Assembly (NCBI GenBank): GCA_964276105.1
Contig: CAXYEE010000017.1
Location: 212-64,211, forward strand
Length of the DNA: 64,000 bases
Direction of reading: 5' to 3'
Source of the DNA: an uncultured Gammaproteobacteria bacterium
Lineage (GTDB): Bacteria > Pseudomonadota > Gammaproteobacteria > Steroidobacterales > Rariloculaceae
In this document: positions 1 through 10,055 of the stretch, in pieces
How the letters are laid out: each line of letters opens with the position of its first letter
Position numbering within the stretch: the stretch's first letter is position 1
Notes under the pieces: model-generated
What the model saw: only the letters and a program-made list of their open reading frames with translations
Told to the model about the DNA's origin: nothing
Database searches by the model: none
Translations under genes and position numbers: made by a program

Positions 1-2
1 TG

Positions 3-77
3 GAAAGTGCGGCAACGCTGGATGTGAGACTAAAAGTTGAATGTGGACTTGGTGATAACTGGGATGAAGCTCATTAG
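3..77 (+). CDS. 3' end of an unidentified CDS entering from upstream (...ESAATLDVRLKVECGLGDNWDEAH*)
   Basis: Only frame open from the window edge; stop TAG at 75-77; convergent with typA 16 nt away. Too short to assign a family. Confidence 0.3.
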   Translation, partial: ESAATLDVRLKVECGLGDNWDEAH

Positions 78-93
78 CGTAACAAGATAAAAC

Positions 94-1935
94 TTATCCT
101 GTAGCTCTAGCTGTAGATAGAAGACGAGCATTACGTTTTCTGTCCGTCTCCTTCAAGTACATCTTACGTAAACGAATACTCTTTGGTGTTATCTCTACCA
201 ATTCATCATCATCAATAAATTCGAGTGCTTGCTCTAACGAAAGGATTATGGGCGGAGTAAGCAATAAATTTTCATCTGTTCCTGCAGCGCGAATATTAGT
301 TAATTGCTTTGCTTTTGTTGGATTGACTGTTAGATCACTCTGACGACTATGTATTCCTATAATCATGCCCTCATAAACATCAGTGCCATGCCCAATAAAT
401 AAAGACCCCCTTTCTTGCAAAGTGAAAAGAGAGTAAGCAAGAGCTTTTCCAGCTGCCATAGAGACAAGGACACCATTTGAGCGCCGACCAATATCTGCAT
501 CTATACACAGCTCATATTGTTCAAATGCATGATAGATTAACCCTGTGCCAGCAGTTGCAGTAAGGTATTCGGTACGAAAACCAATGAGCCCGCGAGCAGG
601 AATACTATATTCCAATCTAACCCGACCTCTACTATCAGGAGTCATGGTCTCAAGTTTTCCTTTACGCTCAGCAATCCGAGACATAACGGCACCCTGATAA
701 TCCTCATCAAAATCAACAGTAAGCCTTTCCCAAGGCTCCATACGTTGGCCATCTATATTTTTATAAATAACAGCTGGACGTGAAACCGCAAGCTCATAAC
801 CTTCTCTTCGCATCGTTTCTATCAAGACACCAAGATGTAGTTCACCTCTTCCTGACACAATGAACTTCTCTGGATCGTCCGTCGCTTCAACTCGTAACGC
901 AACGTTACGTTTCAGTTCCTGATCAAGTCGAGCACTGATTTGACGACTAGTAACAAACTTGCCTTCCGTTCCAGAAAAAGGTGATTTATTAACTTGAAAC
1001 GTCATGCTGATGGTAGGTTCATCAATTTTTAAAGGAGGTAAAGGTTCCGGATTATTTAGATCACAAATAGTATCGGAAAGGAGAAGATCTGGTATGCCGC
1101 TAAAAACGATGATATCTCCAGCCTGCGCTGATTGGATTGATTCTCGTTGAAGTCCATGAAAACCATAAATTTCCATGATTTTTCCATTGCTCTTACTGCC
1201 ATCTGCACGGACAACGCATACTTGTGAATTTGCTTCCATCCGACCACGCGTAATCCGTCCAATCCCAAGCGCCCCTACATAAGAATTGTAGTCAAGGCTA
1301 GATACTTGTACTTGAAGAGGGCCATCCGCTGCTACTAGCGGCGAGGGAACATGAGCAGTTATAGCGCTCAACAAAGGTGACATATCAGTGGCATTTATTG
1401 CTAAGTCATGCGTTGCATAACCATTTAAAGCTGAAGCATAAATAACGGGAAAATCAAGTTGTTTGTCACTCGCCCCTAAACGGTCAAAAAGGTCGAAAGT
1501 TTGATCAAGAACCCAATCAGCTCGGGCCCCATCACGATCAATTTTATTAATTACAACAAGTGGTATAAAACCACGTTCAAATGCCTTCTGTGTAACGAAA
1601 CGTGTTTGCGGCATTGGCCCCTCAACGGCGTCTACTAGCAAGAGAACTCCATCAACCATGGATAAAACTCGCTCGACCTCACCACCAAAATCTGCATGAC
1701 CTGGAGTATCAACAATATTTATGCGCCAATCATTCCATGTGATAGCGGTGTTTTTCGAAAGAATAGTGATTCCACGCTCACGCTCAAGGTCACCGGAATC
1801 CATAATACGGTCGGGTATAGCAGCTCGATCACCCAAAGTTCCAGATTGCTGTAAAAGACGATCTACTAAGGTGGTTTTACCATGATCAACATGCGCGATG
1901 ATGGCTATATTTCGAAGGTGCTTCATATTGGACAT
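94..1935 (-). CDS. typA: Translational GTPase TypA/BipA
   Basis: 613 aa; G motifs [21 protein letters not shown]; EF-G-like domain layout and length typical of BipA. Confidence 0.95.
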   Translation of the reverse strand: MSNMKHLRNIAIIAHVDHGKTTLVDRLLQQSGTLGDRAAIPDRIMDSGDLERERGITILSKNTAITWNDWRINIVDTPGHADFGGEVERVLSMVDGVLLLVDAVEGPMPQTRFVTQKAFERGFIPLVVINKIDRDGARADWVLDQTFDLFDRLGASDKQLDFPVIYASALNGYATHDLAINATDMSPLLSAITAHVPSPLVAADGPLQVQVSSLDYNSYVGALGIGRITRGRMEANSQVCVVRADGSKSNGKIMEIYGFHGLQRESIQSAQAGDIIVFSGIPDLLLSDTICDLNNPEPLPPLKIDEPTISMTFQVNKSPFSGTEGKFVTSRQISARLDQELKRNVALRVEATDDPEKFIVSGRGELHLGVLIETMRREGYELAVSRPAVIYKNIDGQRMEPWERLTVDFDEDYQGAVMSRIAERKGKLETMTPDSRGRVRLEYSIPARGLIGFRTEYLTATAGTGLIYHAFEQYELCIDADIGRRSNGVLVSMAAGKALAYSLFTLQERGSLFIGHGTDVYEGMIIGIHSRQSDLTVNPTKAKQLTNIRAAGTDENLLLTPPIILSLEQALEFIDDDELVEITPKSIRLRKMYLKETDRKRNARLLSTARATG

Positions 1936-2101
1936 AGTGATAAAGAAACTGCAGAAGGGCGCGCATTATAGAGCTAGCTCAAGTAATTTCCTCTAGTATG
2001 CTGAAACAACCACACAGAGCGGGATAAATGCATCTATTACTATACAGTGCTAAATCGATTTTGCGCAGCAAATAAACCTATCGCAGGGTCTTTCGTTCAA
2101 C

Positions 2102-2704
2102 CTATGCTAGGTCTTCGTCATTAATTATTAACCACTTCTCCATAAGCGCCTGAGCTTCGCTAACACCTCTCTTCTTTGTTCCAGAAAAAAGAATCAACGG
2201 AACCGTAGAGGGTACAGATTTTTTGGCATTCATTAACTGTTCAAGGCTGGAGCCTTTACTAAGCTTGTCGGATTTGGTCAATAGAACAGCAACAGGCACT
2301 CGAGAACTTGCACCCCAATCAAGCATTATTTGATCTAAATTATTTGGTCCTCGACGAATGTCTATCGTCACAATCAACCCGGCCAGTGATGTCCGCTCCA
2401 AAAAATAAGACTTGAGTAGTAGACGCCAATGTTTTTGTACCGACTCGGGTACCTTTGCATACCCATATCCTGGCAGATCAACTATTCGACGTTCCCCACC
2501 TAAATCAAAAAAATTAATAAGCTGAGTACGGCCAGGCGTCTTACTTATCCTTGCAAGTTTCCGTCTTTGCAAAATTGCATTGATTGCTGTTGATTTGCCA
2601 GAGTTGGAACGCCCAGCGACAGCAATCTCCCGCCCGGAATCTGCTGGGAACTGATGCGGCTCATCAGCACTCTTTATGAACGTAGAGGTAAACGGATTAT
2701 TCAT
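2102..2704 (-). CDS. engB: Ribosome biogenesis GTP-binding protein EngB/YihA
   Basis: 200 aa; GRSNSGKST (G1), DLPGYGYA (G3), TKSDK (G4). Confidence 0.9.
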   Translation of the reverse strand: MNNPFTSTFIKSADEPHQFPADSGREIAVAGRSNSGKSTAINAILQRRKLARISKTPGRTQLINFFDLGGERRIVDLPGYGYAKVPESVQKHWRLLLKSYFLERTSLAGLIVTIDIRRGPNNLDQIMLDWGASSRVPVAVLLTKSDKLSKGSSLEQLMNAKKSVPSTVPLILFSGTKKRGVSEAQALMEKWLIINDEDLA

Positions 2705-2879
2705 GTGTGTTTATCTACTATACCAGCCGTGATAATGCTGGCTTCTATTTTATTAGTGTACAATTTACAGCCGCCTTGAAGGTGACAGACTCAAAGGCAA
2801 GGACACAGTAATTATGAGCTGTGGTGGTCTCCGTTTAAAGCCTGCGCTAAAAAGATACGGTGCTTAGAGGAATACCGAA

Positions 2880-3554
2880 ATGACAACAAAACAATTAGTA
2901 CATCAAATAATTACAGTTATATTAACGATGACCTTACTGCTAATAGGACAACCCATTTTTGCTCAGGGTGATGCTGCGAACACCTCGGATAGATTTCAAC
3001 TCGGCACACACTATGACCGACTTTCACCAACTCAACCAACCAGCTCCAGTCCAGACCAGGTAGAGGTTGCAGAAGTTTTTTGGTATGGCTGCCCACACTG
3101 CTACACTTTTGACCCCTTCCTGGAGAATTGGAAGTCTGACCTACCGGATAATGTTAACTTCGTGAGGATTCCAGCTGTATGGAACCCTCTTATACAGCTG
3201 CATGCACGTGCTTATTATGCTGCCGAAGCTCTAGGTAAGGCCGAAGAAATGCATGCTTCATTTTTCAGAGAAATCCATGTAAATGGCAATTACCTCGACT
3301 CAGAAGCAGCACTACAAACTTTCTTTAGTCAATTCAATGTAAGTTCAGAAGAATTTACCAACACTTTTAATTCATTTGCGGTACATACCAAGCTTCAAAG
3401 AGCAGATGAACTTTCACGGCGTTACCGTATTGCAGCCGTACCAACGGTTATTGTTAATGGAAAATACACAACAAATGCCACGTCAGCCGGTAATTACGAA
3501 ACCCTTATTGAGCTCATCCGAGAACTTGTAACCTCTGAATCTTCAGGAAATTGA
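2880..3554 (+). CDS. dsbA: Periplasmic thiol:disulfide oxidoreductase DsbA
   Basis: N-terminal signal peptide; thioredoxin-fold active site WYGCPHCY; C-terminal AVPTVIVNGKY. Confidence 0.9.
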   Translation: MTTKQLVHQIITVILTMTLLLIGQPIFAQGDAANTSDRFQLGTHYDRLSPTQPTSSSPDQVEVAEVFWYGCPHCYTFDPFLENWKSDLPDNVNFVRIPAVWNPLIQLHARAYYAAEALGKAEEMHASFFREIHVNGNYLDSEAALQTFFSQFNVSSEEFTNTFNSFAVHTKLQRADELSRRYRIAAVPTVIVNGKYTTNATSAGNYETLIELIRELVTSESSGN

Positions 3555-3563
3555 TTTATAGAT

Positions 3564-3584
3564 ATATCAATACCAGATTGATAT
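3564..3584. terminator. Weak AT-rich hairpin between convergent dsbA and the OPT transporter gene
   Basis: ATATCAAT-accag-ATTGATAT (8-bp stem, 5-nt loop) in the 73-bp convergent gap. The stem is almost all A:T and there is no clear U-tract. Confidence 0.25.
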
Positions 3585-3627
3585 GTGAAGTTTCCAGAAA
3601 CTAAATGCACGCGATCGTAAAGCAATC

Positions 3628-5553
3628 TTAGATGATTGGTTTGATCCGTATAGAAACTTTGTAGAGATAAAAGGCAATCGCGAACGTCACAAGTAGGCCA
3701 ACTATTCCCGGCAGCTCTACTGACAATGCAATCACATTGGGGTTACCCGTAACAACAATGGGAATTGCCATTAAGATGCCAATCAATGCCTCACCTGTTA
3801 TCAGGCCGGATGCGAATAAAGTACCATTCTTTAAGGAAGAACCATCACTACCGTTGACTCTATGACTACGATTAGCAAAGTAGGCTAGTAAGCCCCCCAT
3901 AAGTATTGCCATCGATAATTGCAGTGGCAAATAAATTCCTACAGCTACAGCTAGAACTGGCGCGCGCCAACTGCTGCCACGTGCCTTAAGCGCTTGATCT
4001 ATAGCAATTATAACTAGGCCAATTACAGCGCCTATAAGAACCATACCCCAAGGCAACCCTGAGCCGAAGACACCTTCTGTCACCGATGCCATCAACGTAG
4101 CTTGGGGAGCAAGCAAGGAATTCGGCTGTTCTGGAGATGGCGCTCCAATGCCATAGGCCCTCAATAAAAGATTTAGAATCGGCGCCATAACTAACACGGC
4201 GGAAATAACTCCTACGGCCTGCATGCATTGCTGACGCCAGGGTGTTGCGCCCAAAAGGTATCCTGCTTTTAAATCCTGTAGATTATCCCCAGCGATCGCC
4301 GCTGCGCTGCACACTACCGCCCCGACCATAATGGCAGCGGCAGGACCTGCAACAGAATCGCCTCCCATCAGCCAAAAAAGCAGCAGCGAGGTGAAAAGTA
4401 TTGTCGCAATTGTAATGCCAGAAATTGGATTGTTTGAGGATCCAACAAGACCAGCCATATAAGCTGCCACTGAAGAAAATAAAAACCCTGTAATTACCAT
4501 GATGAATGTCATAGTAATTGCAACACCAAAACTATCTACAATAGATTGATATAAGAAAAAAATTGGAACTAAAAATATTACTATCGCCCATAAAACAAGA
4601 CTCATAGGCATATCGTGTTGTCTATGATCATAGTGGAGCGCCTCGCCTATATGTGTGGATTTCAGGCCACTTTTAATTCCAGATAGCAATGTCCCACGCA
4701 TAGAAATCAGAGCCCCGATACCGCCAACTAACATGGCTCCTACACCGAGATAACGTATTTTTGATGTCCAAATACTGAACGCCAAATCCGATGGGTTCGC
4801 TCCCTCAGAAAAACTAGTTATTAGGGCAGGATCATTGTCGAGAAAAAATGCGGAGTAAATTGGAATCGCCAAGTACCAAGAAATCGCTCCTCCTATAAAA
4901 ACTAGAATAGCTATATTGAGACCCACTATAAAACCAACGCTAATAAGCGCAGGTGATAAATTTATTCCAACATAGGCGATAGCACTACTAGACCCCAAGT
5001 AGGTTGCCGTCTGAGTGGCTCCTGGCCAAAGCCGCAATCCTGTCTCAGCTAATTTGACTAAGGCACCTAAAACAGCTGCTATACCAAGATATCGTGCACC
5101 TTTTGCACCGCTTACCCCAATTTTAAGAACCTCTGCCGTTGCTGTACCTTCTGGGTATCTAAGCTGCTCCTCCACAATTAGTGAGCGGCGCAATGGAACT
5201 GTGAAAAGCACGCCTAATAATCCCCCAAGCCCAGCTATAACACTTACCCAGCCATACTCAAAAACATCCCAATATCCAAGAATGATAAGAGCCGGCAATG
5301 TGAAAATAACTCCCGCTGCAATAGATTCTCCTGCCGAAGCTGCAGTTTGGACTATATTGTTTTCAAGAATATTAGACTCTTTAAACAATTTTAGAATAGC
5401 CATGGATATCACGGCTGCAGGAATAGATGCAGAAACAGTCAGCCCAGCAAAAAGACCCAGGTAAGCATTAGCTCCTGCTAAACTCATTGATAAAACTATC
5501 CCTAAAAAAATCGCCTTCAGGGTAAGTTGGGGCATTAGTTTTTCTTCTGACAT
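3628..5553 (-). CDS. OPT-family oligopeptide transporter
   Basis: 641 aa polytopic membrane protein. The N-terminal region LGIVLSM..ANAYLGLFAGLTVSASIPAAVISMAILK and overall length are typical of bacterial OPT (OPT_sfam) proteins. Confidence 0.8.
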   Translation of the reverse strand: MSEEKLMPQLTLKAIFLGIVLSMSLAGANAYLGLFAGLTVSASIPAAVISMAILKLFKESNILENNIVQTAASAGESIAAGVIFTLPALIILGYWDVFEYGWVSVIAGLGGLLGVLFTVPLRRSLIVEEQLRYPEGTATAEVLKIGVSGAKGARYLGIAAVLGALVKLAETGLRLWPGATQTATYLGSSSAIAYVGINLSPALISVGFIVGLNIAILVFIGGAISWYLAIPIYSAFFLDNDPALITSFSEGANPSDLAFSIWTSKIRYLGVGAMLVGGIGALISMRGTLLSGIKSGLKSTHIGEALHYDHRQHDMPMSLVLWAIVIFLVPIFFLYQSIVDSFGVAITMTFIMVITGFLFSSVAAYMAGLVGSSNNPISGITIATILFTSLLLFWLMGGDSVAGPAAAIMVGAVVCSAAAIAGDNLQDLKAGYLLGATPWRQQCMQAVGVISAVLVMAPILNLLLRAYGIGAPSPEQPNSLLAPQATLMASVTEGVFGSGLPWGMVLIGAVIGLVIIAIDQALKARGSSWRAPVLAVAVGIYLPLQLSMAILMGGLLAYFANRSHRVNGSDGSSLKNGTLFASGLITGEALIGILMAIPIVVTGNPNVIALSVELPGIVGLLVTFAIAFYLYKVSIRIKPII

Positions 5554-5602
5554 TGGAGCGCTTCTCTCTCGCCTTATCTTATAACCTGATAAGTTTCGTG
5601 GG

Positions 5603-7099
5603 CTATTTACTATCTCCAGCCAAGCGCTTTAAATAACCTGAGGCAAGCATCAAAATTAGTCCAGCACCCACGGTCATCATAACTAATTGCAAATATAAGC
5701 TAGGCATTTCATCCACGGCATCAGACCTAAATTCTCCCGCAAAAAGTCCTGCCAATATGCTGCCCAAAGACAAAGACAAAAACCAAACACCCATCATCTG
5801 TCCGACTAGTCGGCGTGGTGCAAGCTTTGTAATTGCGCTCATACCTACTGGGCTCAATGCAAGTTCTCCCATTGTCATCAACAAGTAAGTAAATATTAGC
5901 CAGGATGGCAATACCTGTTGCCCCTCAGCAACTAGCGATGCTGCCCCAATCATGACTATAAAACCGATGCCAAGAATTATTAGCCCTATCGCAAGTTTCA
6001 ATGGCGAACTTGGGTCCATATGTCGTCTTGCAAGAGCTACCCAAAACATTGAATACAGGGGTCCCAACAGAATGATAAAGACTGGGTTTGCAGACTGAAA
6101 CCAGCTAGCTGGTATAACGAAACTACCAAACTCTCTGATCGTATAACGTTCAGCGAATAGGTTTAGAGAAGAACCCGCTTGCTCCGATCCAACCCAAAAA
6201 ACGGTAGCGGCACTGATTAAGACAAAAATTAGTGCCATTTTTCGGCGCTCGCTGTCAGTTAGCCCACTGAAACCGAAGATGTACAAAAAATAAGCCGCGG
6301 CAACAGTAACAATTACATAGGTGGCTCCTTGAGCTAATAGAATTGCGTCATATCTGATCCAACCCATAACCCCTGCAATAAAGAGGCACGCAACCGAAGC
6401 GATACAAGCAGTGATGGTTGTCCATGCATAACGTCTAAAGCGATCAGTCTGGTTAACTGCCGGATCAGGCTCTCTGCCAGCGCTCCCTAGGTGGTGGCGT
6501 GTCAGATGAAATTGAATCAAGCCAAATAACATACCAAAGCCTGCCGCAGCAAACCCATAATGCCAGTTTTGAAGCGCCAACCAACCGCAGACTAGTGGCC
6601 CTAGCGCAGCACCAAGATTGATGCCCATATAAAAAATAGTAAATCCACTGTCGCGGCGCGGATCATCTTGTTCATAAAGGTCTCCAACTATCGCTGTGAT
6701 ATTAGGCTTTAGAAGGCCAGTACCAAAAACTATGACTATTAGTCCCAGAAAAAAAATCACATCACTGGGAATAGCCAAAATAAAATGCCCAACCATAATG
6801 ATGATGCCACCGACCCATACGGCACGCTGTGCGCCCATCAATCGATCTGCAATCCATCCGCCTGGAAGTGATCCGAGAAAAACTGCCGCTGTATATAGGC
6901 CATAGATAGCAGTTGCATTTTGATCAGAGAATGCAAGCCCACCATCCTCTATCGCCGCTATCATAAAAAGAACTAGCAACGCTCGCATACCGTAGTAGCT
7001 AAAACGTTCCCACATCTCAGTCATAAATAGAGTCGCAAGGCCTCTAGGGTGACCGAATAGATCTTTTTGTCCTATGTGAGATGCGGCGTGGTTACTCAT
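5603..7099 (-). CDS. POT/PTR2-family di-/tripeptide:proton symporter
   Basis: PTR2 signature FMTEMWERFSYYGMRALLVLF; MFS topology. I chose the start at MSNHAAS (7099), which avoids overlap with tatC; the track ORF extends to 7159. Confidence 0.88.
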   Translation of the reverse strand: MSNHAASHIGQKDLFGHPRGLATLFMTEMWERFSYYGMRALLVLFMIAAIEDGGLAFSDQNATAIYGLYTAAVFLGSLPGGWIADRLMGAQRAVWVGGIIIMVGHFILAIPSDVIFFLGLIVIVFGTGLLKPNITAIVGDLYEQDDPRRDSGFTIFYMGINLGAALGPLVCGWLALQNWHYGFAAAGFGMLFGLIQFHLTRHHLGSAGREPDPAVNQTDRFRRYAWTTITACIASVACLFIAGVMGWIRYDAILLAQGATYVIVTVAAAYFLYIFGFSGLTDSERRKMALIFVLISAATVFWVGSEQAGSSLNLFAERYTIREFGSFVIPASWFQSANPVFIILLGPLYSMFWVALARRHMDPSSPLKLAIGLIILGIGFIVMIGAASLVAEGQQVLPSWLIFTYLLMTMGELALSPVGMSAITKLAPRRLVGQMMGVWFLSLSLGSILAGLFAGEFRSDAVDEMPSLYLQLVMMTVGAGLILMLASGYLKRLAGDSK

Positions 7100-7112
7100 A
7101 ACTATTAAAAAA

Positions 7113-7892
7113 TCATACGTCTGTTGAATCCGATTGATCAGCACTAGCAGAAGCATCATCCTGCTTTCCTAGTACTTTTGCCAGAATAAGACCAGCTTCA
7201 TAGAGAATGTAAACTGGAACTGCCAGAAGCGTCTGGGAAATAGCATCTGGGGGCGTAAGCAGCATACCCATAACGAATGCGCCCAAAAACACATACGCTC
7301 GGGCTTTTCCAAGCACCTCTAATGAAACAAGACCACTCCAAACAAGCATTACTGTAGCAATCGGTACTTCGAACGCCAGGCCAAATGCAAAAAATATAGT
7401 CAGAATAAAGTCCAGATAGGAGCTTATATCCGTCATCATCGTAACGCCCTCAGGCGAAACAGCAGCAAAAAAACCAAACATCAATGGGAAAACAACAAAA
7501 TATGCGAACGCGACGCCAGAATAAAAAAGAACAATGCTTGAAATAAGCAGGGGAGAGGCAAACCTTTTTTCTTTCCTATAAAGCCCAGGAGCTATAAAGC
7601 CCCAAACCTGATAGAGGATTACTGGCATTGATAGAAATACCGCTACAAAGAGTGAAGTCTTAAATGGAGTAATAAAAGGTGATGCAACTTGCGTAGCAAT
7701 CATAGTAGCGTTTTCAGGGAGGCGCTCCATCAATGGAGTTGCTACTATCGTAAAAGTTCTCTCAGCAAATGGAATCAAGCATACAAAAATTAAAAGTATA
7801 GATAGCGCCGAACGAATCAAACGCGATCTAAGTTCCACCAGATGGGAAACCAAGCTACCTTCAGCAAGCTGTTCCTCACTCTCCGTACTCAT
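7113..7892 (-). CDS. tatC: Twin-arginine translocase subunit TatC
   Basis: 259 aa, 6 TM; HLVELRSRLIRS start motif; 4-nt overlap with tatB. Confidence 0.93.
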   Translation of the reverse strand: MSTESEEQLAEGSLVSHLVELRSRLIRSALSILLIFVCLIPFAERTFTIVATPLMERLPENATMIATQVASPFITPFKTSLFVAVFLSMPVILYQVWGFIAPGLYRKEKRFASPLLISSIVLFYSGVAFAYFVVFPLMFGFFAAVSPEGVTMMTDISSYLDFILTIFFAFGLAFEVPIATVMLVWSGLVSLEVLGKARAYVFLGAFVMGMLLTPPDAISQTLLAVPVYILYEAGLILAKVLGKQDDASASADQSDSTDV

Positions 7893-8338
7893 GGATTTTT
7901 TATCTGCTCTTCCTGGACAATTTCATCGGTTGCGTTTGCTTTAGTATTGTCTGGCGTTGACATTATTTTATTTTCCTCAAGATCTTGTCCGCTTTCCTCC
8001 ACTTTCTGACTGTTCGTACCATCTATTTCTGAAGAACCTTCTAAGGTCTCGTTTACATCTCTGTGAGCACTCCTAGACCCCTCAGAAGCCGAGGGCGCAA
8101 CGCCACTGGGCTGAGGTTGGCTCCCCGGAGGTTTTGGCGGATTAGTTGGTGTCCGCTTCTTAAACTCTTCCATTTCCAGCTCTCTCTGAAGCTGACGTCT
8201 AAGTTCGCTAGCAGTTCTACGCGCACGACCCACCCACCTACCAATCTGCGCTGCCACACGCGGCATACGCTCCGGGCCTAGTATCATTAACCCGACTCCA
8301 AAAATTAGAATTACTTCCCAGAATCCAACGTCAAACAT
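7889..8338 (-). CDS. tatB: Twin-arginine translocase subunit TatB
   Basis: [27 protein letters not shown]-terminal TM plus amphipathic helix; acidic low-complexity tail. Confidence 0.88.
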   Translation of the reverse strand: MFDVGFWEVILIFGVGLMILGPERMPRVAAQIGRWVGRARRTASELRRQLQRELEMEEFKKRTPTNPPKPPGSQPQPSGVAPSASEGSRSAHRDVNETLEGSSEIDGTNSQKVEESGQDLEENKIMSTPDNTKANATDEIVQEEQIKNP

Positions 8339-8598
8339 TAGGTCTCGCTGCTCTTGGTCGTATCTTTCTGCTCAACAAATTCCGCATCGGCCTCCCCCGC
8401 CTCAAGTTGCGGACTCTCATCTTTTGTGTCATCAGTTGTTGCAGTACCCTCGTCATCGTTATCCATGGCCTTTCGGAAGCTCTTAAGCCCCGCACCCAAA
8501 TCACCACCCACTGACTTCAGTCGCTTAGTACCAAAAATCAGCAAAACAATAAGCAAAACGATAAGCAGCTGCCAGAGACTTATCCCACCAAATCCCAT
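8338..8598 (-). CDS. tatA: Twin-arginine translocase subunit TatA
   Basis: [27 protein letters not shown]; 86 aa; first gene of tatABC. Confidence 0.9.
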   Translation of the reverse strand: MGFGGISLWQLLIVLLIVLLIFGTKRLKSVGGDLGAGLKSFRKAMDNDDEGTATTDDTKDESPQLEAGEADAEFVEQKDTTKSSET

Positions 8599-8655
8599 CT
8601 CAGCTCTCCAGTAAAAACTTAGGTCGTCAATAATACGCGAAAGCGAGCTTTCAGC

Positions 8656-9114
8656 TTAGACTAAATCACTATCAGGCATTACTCGAAGCCAAAAAGTTAC
8701 TGGACCCTCGTTACAAAGACCTACTTGCATAGTCTTTCCAAAACAGCCTGAAAAGACCGGCACTGTAGATTTTTTCCCATAACTGACTAGATGATCGAAA
8801 AGGGCACTACTTAAATCTGGTGAAGCTGCCCGTGAGAATCCGGGCCTCGTTCCCTTACTTGTGTCCGCTACCAAAGTAAATTGCGGCACAAGAATCATGC
8901 TTCCCCCAACCTCCTGGACATTCAGGTTCATACGCTCTTCTTTATCTGGAAATACTCGGTATGTTAAAAGTCTGTCCAAAAGACGGTTGGCTTGCTCAAC
9001 CCCGTCATCCCTCTCAATCCCAATCATGACTAGAAGGCCCAAATCAATTTGCGCAACAGTCCCACCTTCCACCACCACATTAGCCTGGCTAACACGCTGT
9101 AATAACCCAATCAC
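8656..9114 (-). CDS. dtd: D-aminoacyl-tRNA deacylase
   Basis: MIGLLQRVSQANVVV start, C-terminal NEGPVTFWL; about 150 aa. Confidence 0.9.
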   Translation of the reverse strand: MIGLLQRVSQANVVVEGGTVAQIDLGLLVMIGIERDDGVEQANRLLDRLLTYRVFPDKEERMNLNVQEVGGSMILVPQFTLVADTSKGTRPGFSRAASPDLSSALFDHLVSYGKKSTVPVFSGCFGKTMQVGLCNEGPVTFWLRVMPDSDLV

Positions 9115-9217
9115 CTATTATTCTCTCTATTGATTATTTATTTCAAAGAGATTGATTTAACACCATATAAACAGACAAAAAATCAGGATAGAAAAATAAA
9201 ATACTTATTTAATAATT

Positions 9218-9272
9218 TATTCCACTTTTAGCGTAATTTTATAGTTTTATTGGTAGTAATATTCCACTTTTA
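9218..9272. repeat. Two exact copies of the 13-mer TATTCCACTTTTA, 42 bp apart
   Basis: Copies at 9218-9230 and 9260-9272. Partial inverted copy at 9285-9300 (AATAGTGGTAAATATT). Lies in the AT-rich dtd/azurin divergent spacer. Confidence 0.7.
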
Positions 9273-9456
9273 TAATAATTTACTAATAGTGGTAAATATT
9301 TCTAATATTGTTTGGTAAGTCTATTAAATATACCCGGCTTAGATATCGCTACCAAAAGGATTGCTGTTCACTAAAAAACGGTCGTTAACCATGTTCTGTT
9401 AATATGCCCTTCCGGAATTCAGCTTGTCAGTATGATGAGCTAAAATCGGTTAACTA

Positions 9457-9502
9457 AACGCTCAAACCTATAGGACAATAATTTTTGCCTGTTTGAAGCG
9501 TT
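9457..9502 (+). promoter_or_regulatory. Imperfect inverted repeat / possible leader hairpin upstream of azurin
   Basis: AACGCTCAAAC (9457-9467) pairs with GTTTGAAGCGTT (9491-9502): 11 bp with one bulged A and a 23-nt loop. It ends 58 nt before the azurin ATG. Confidence 0.35.
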
Positions 9503-9559
9503 CATAGGACGAATTCAGTATACAAGCTTAAGATTAAAATCTATGAGGTATAAATTTAA

Positions 9560-10009
9560 ATGAGAGGTTATTTTTCCACTTTTGTTTTTGTAACGTTACT
9601 GATATTCAATGGAAGCGCTTTTAGCCAAGAGTGCTCTCAAACCATTGAGGGTAATGATTTAGTTCAGTATAGCCTTACTGAGATTGTTGTGAGCTCAGCT
9701 TGTGAGCAGTTCACGGTAACCTTACAGCATGTAGGTCAGTTACCTGTCAATGTCATGGGACATAACTGGGTATTAACATCTACTGAAGATTACATGCCTG
9801 TAGCAGCGAATGCGCAAGCCATGGGGCCGCCAAGTTATTTGCCAGAAAGTGACCCGAGAATTATTGGTGCAACTGATATGATTGGCGGGGGGGAAGAAAC
9901 TTCAGTCAGTTTTGATATATCGGTTCTTGAGCAGGGTGGCGATTATACATATTTCTGCTCTTTTCCTGGACATAATGTCCTCATGAACGGCAAGCTTATT
10001 ATCGAGTAA
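9560..10009 (+). CDS. azu: Azurin (type-1 blue copper protein) precursor
   Basis: Signal peptide ...GSAFS|QEC; Cys3/Cys26 pair (ECS...SACEQF); copper ligands GHNWVL (His46) and CSFPGHNVLM (Cys112-His117-Met121 spacing). Confidence 0.92.
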   Translation: MRGYFSTFVFVTLLIFNGSAFSQECSQTIEGNDLVQYSLTEIVVSSACEQFTVTLQHVGQLPVNVMGHNWVLTSTEDYMPVAANAQAMGPPSYLPESDPRIIGATDMIGGGEETSVSFDISVLEQGGDYTYFCSFPGHNVLMNGKLIIE

Positions 10010-10055
10010 TAATGCATGTTCAATTCGTAAATAGTCGCCTCAAGGATTCATAAGT

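Noticed and set aside
5015-5464. 149-aa ORF antisense to the OPT transporter gene
   Set aside because: It lies entirely within a well-supported CDS on the other strand. The Pro/Ala/Arg/Ser-rich translation is typical of shadow frames, and there is no RBS or family resemblance.
8354-8614. 86-aa plus-strand ORF almost exactly mirroring tatA
   Set aside because: It is the antisense frame of tatA. The TatA signature is unambiguous on the minus strand.
9130-9160. TTGAT-containing sequences (TTGATTATTTATTTCAA, ATTGATTT) as possible FNR/ANR boxes upstream of azurin/cox
   Set aside because: The spacing and right half-site do not fit TTGAT-N4-ATCAA. This is probably just AT-rich sequence.
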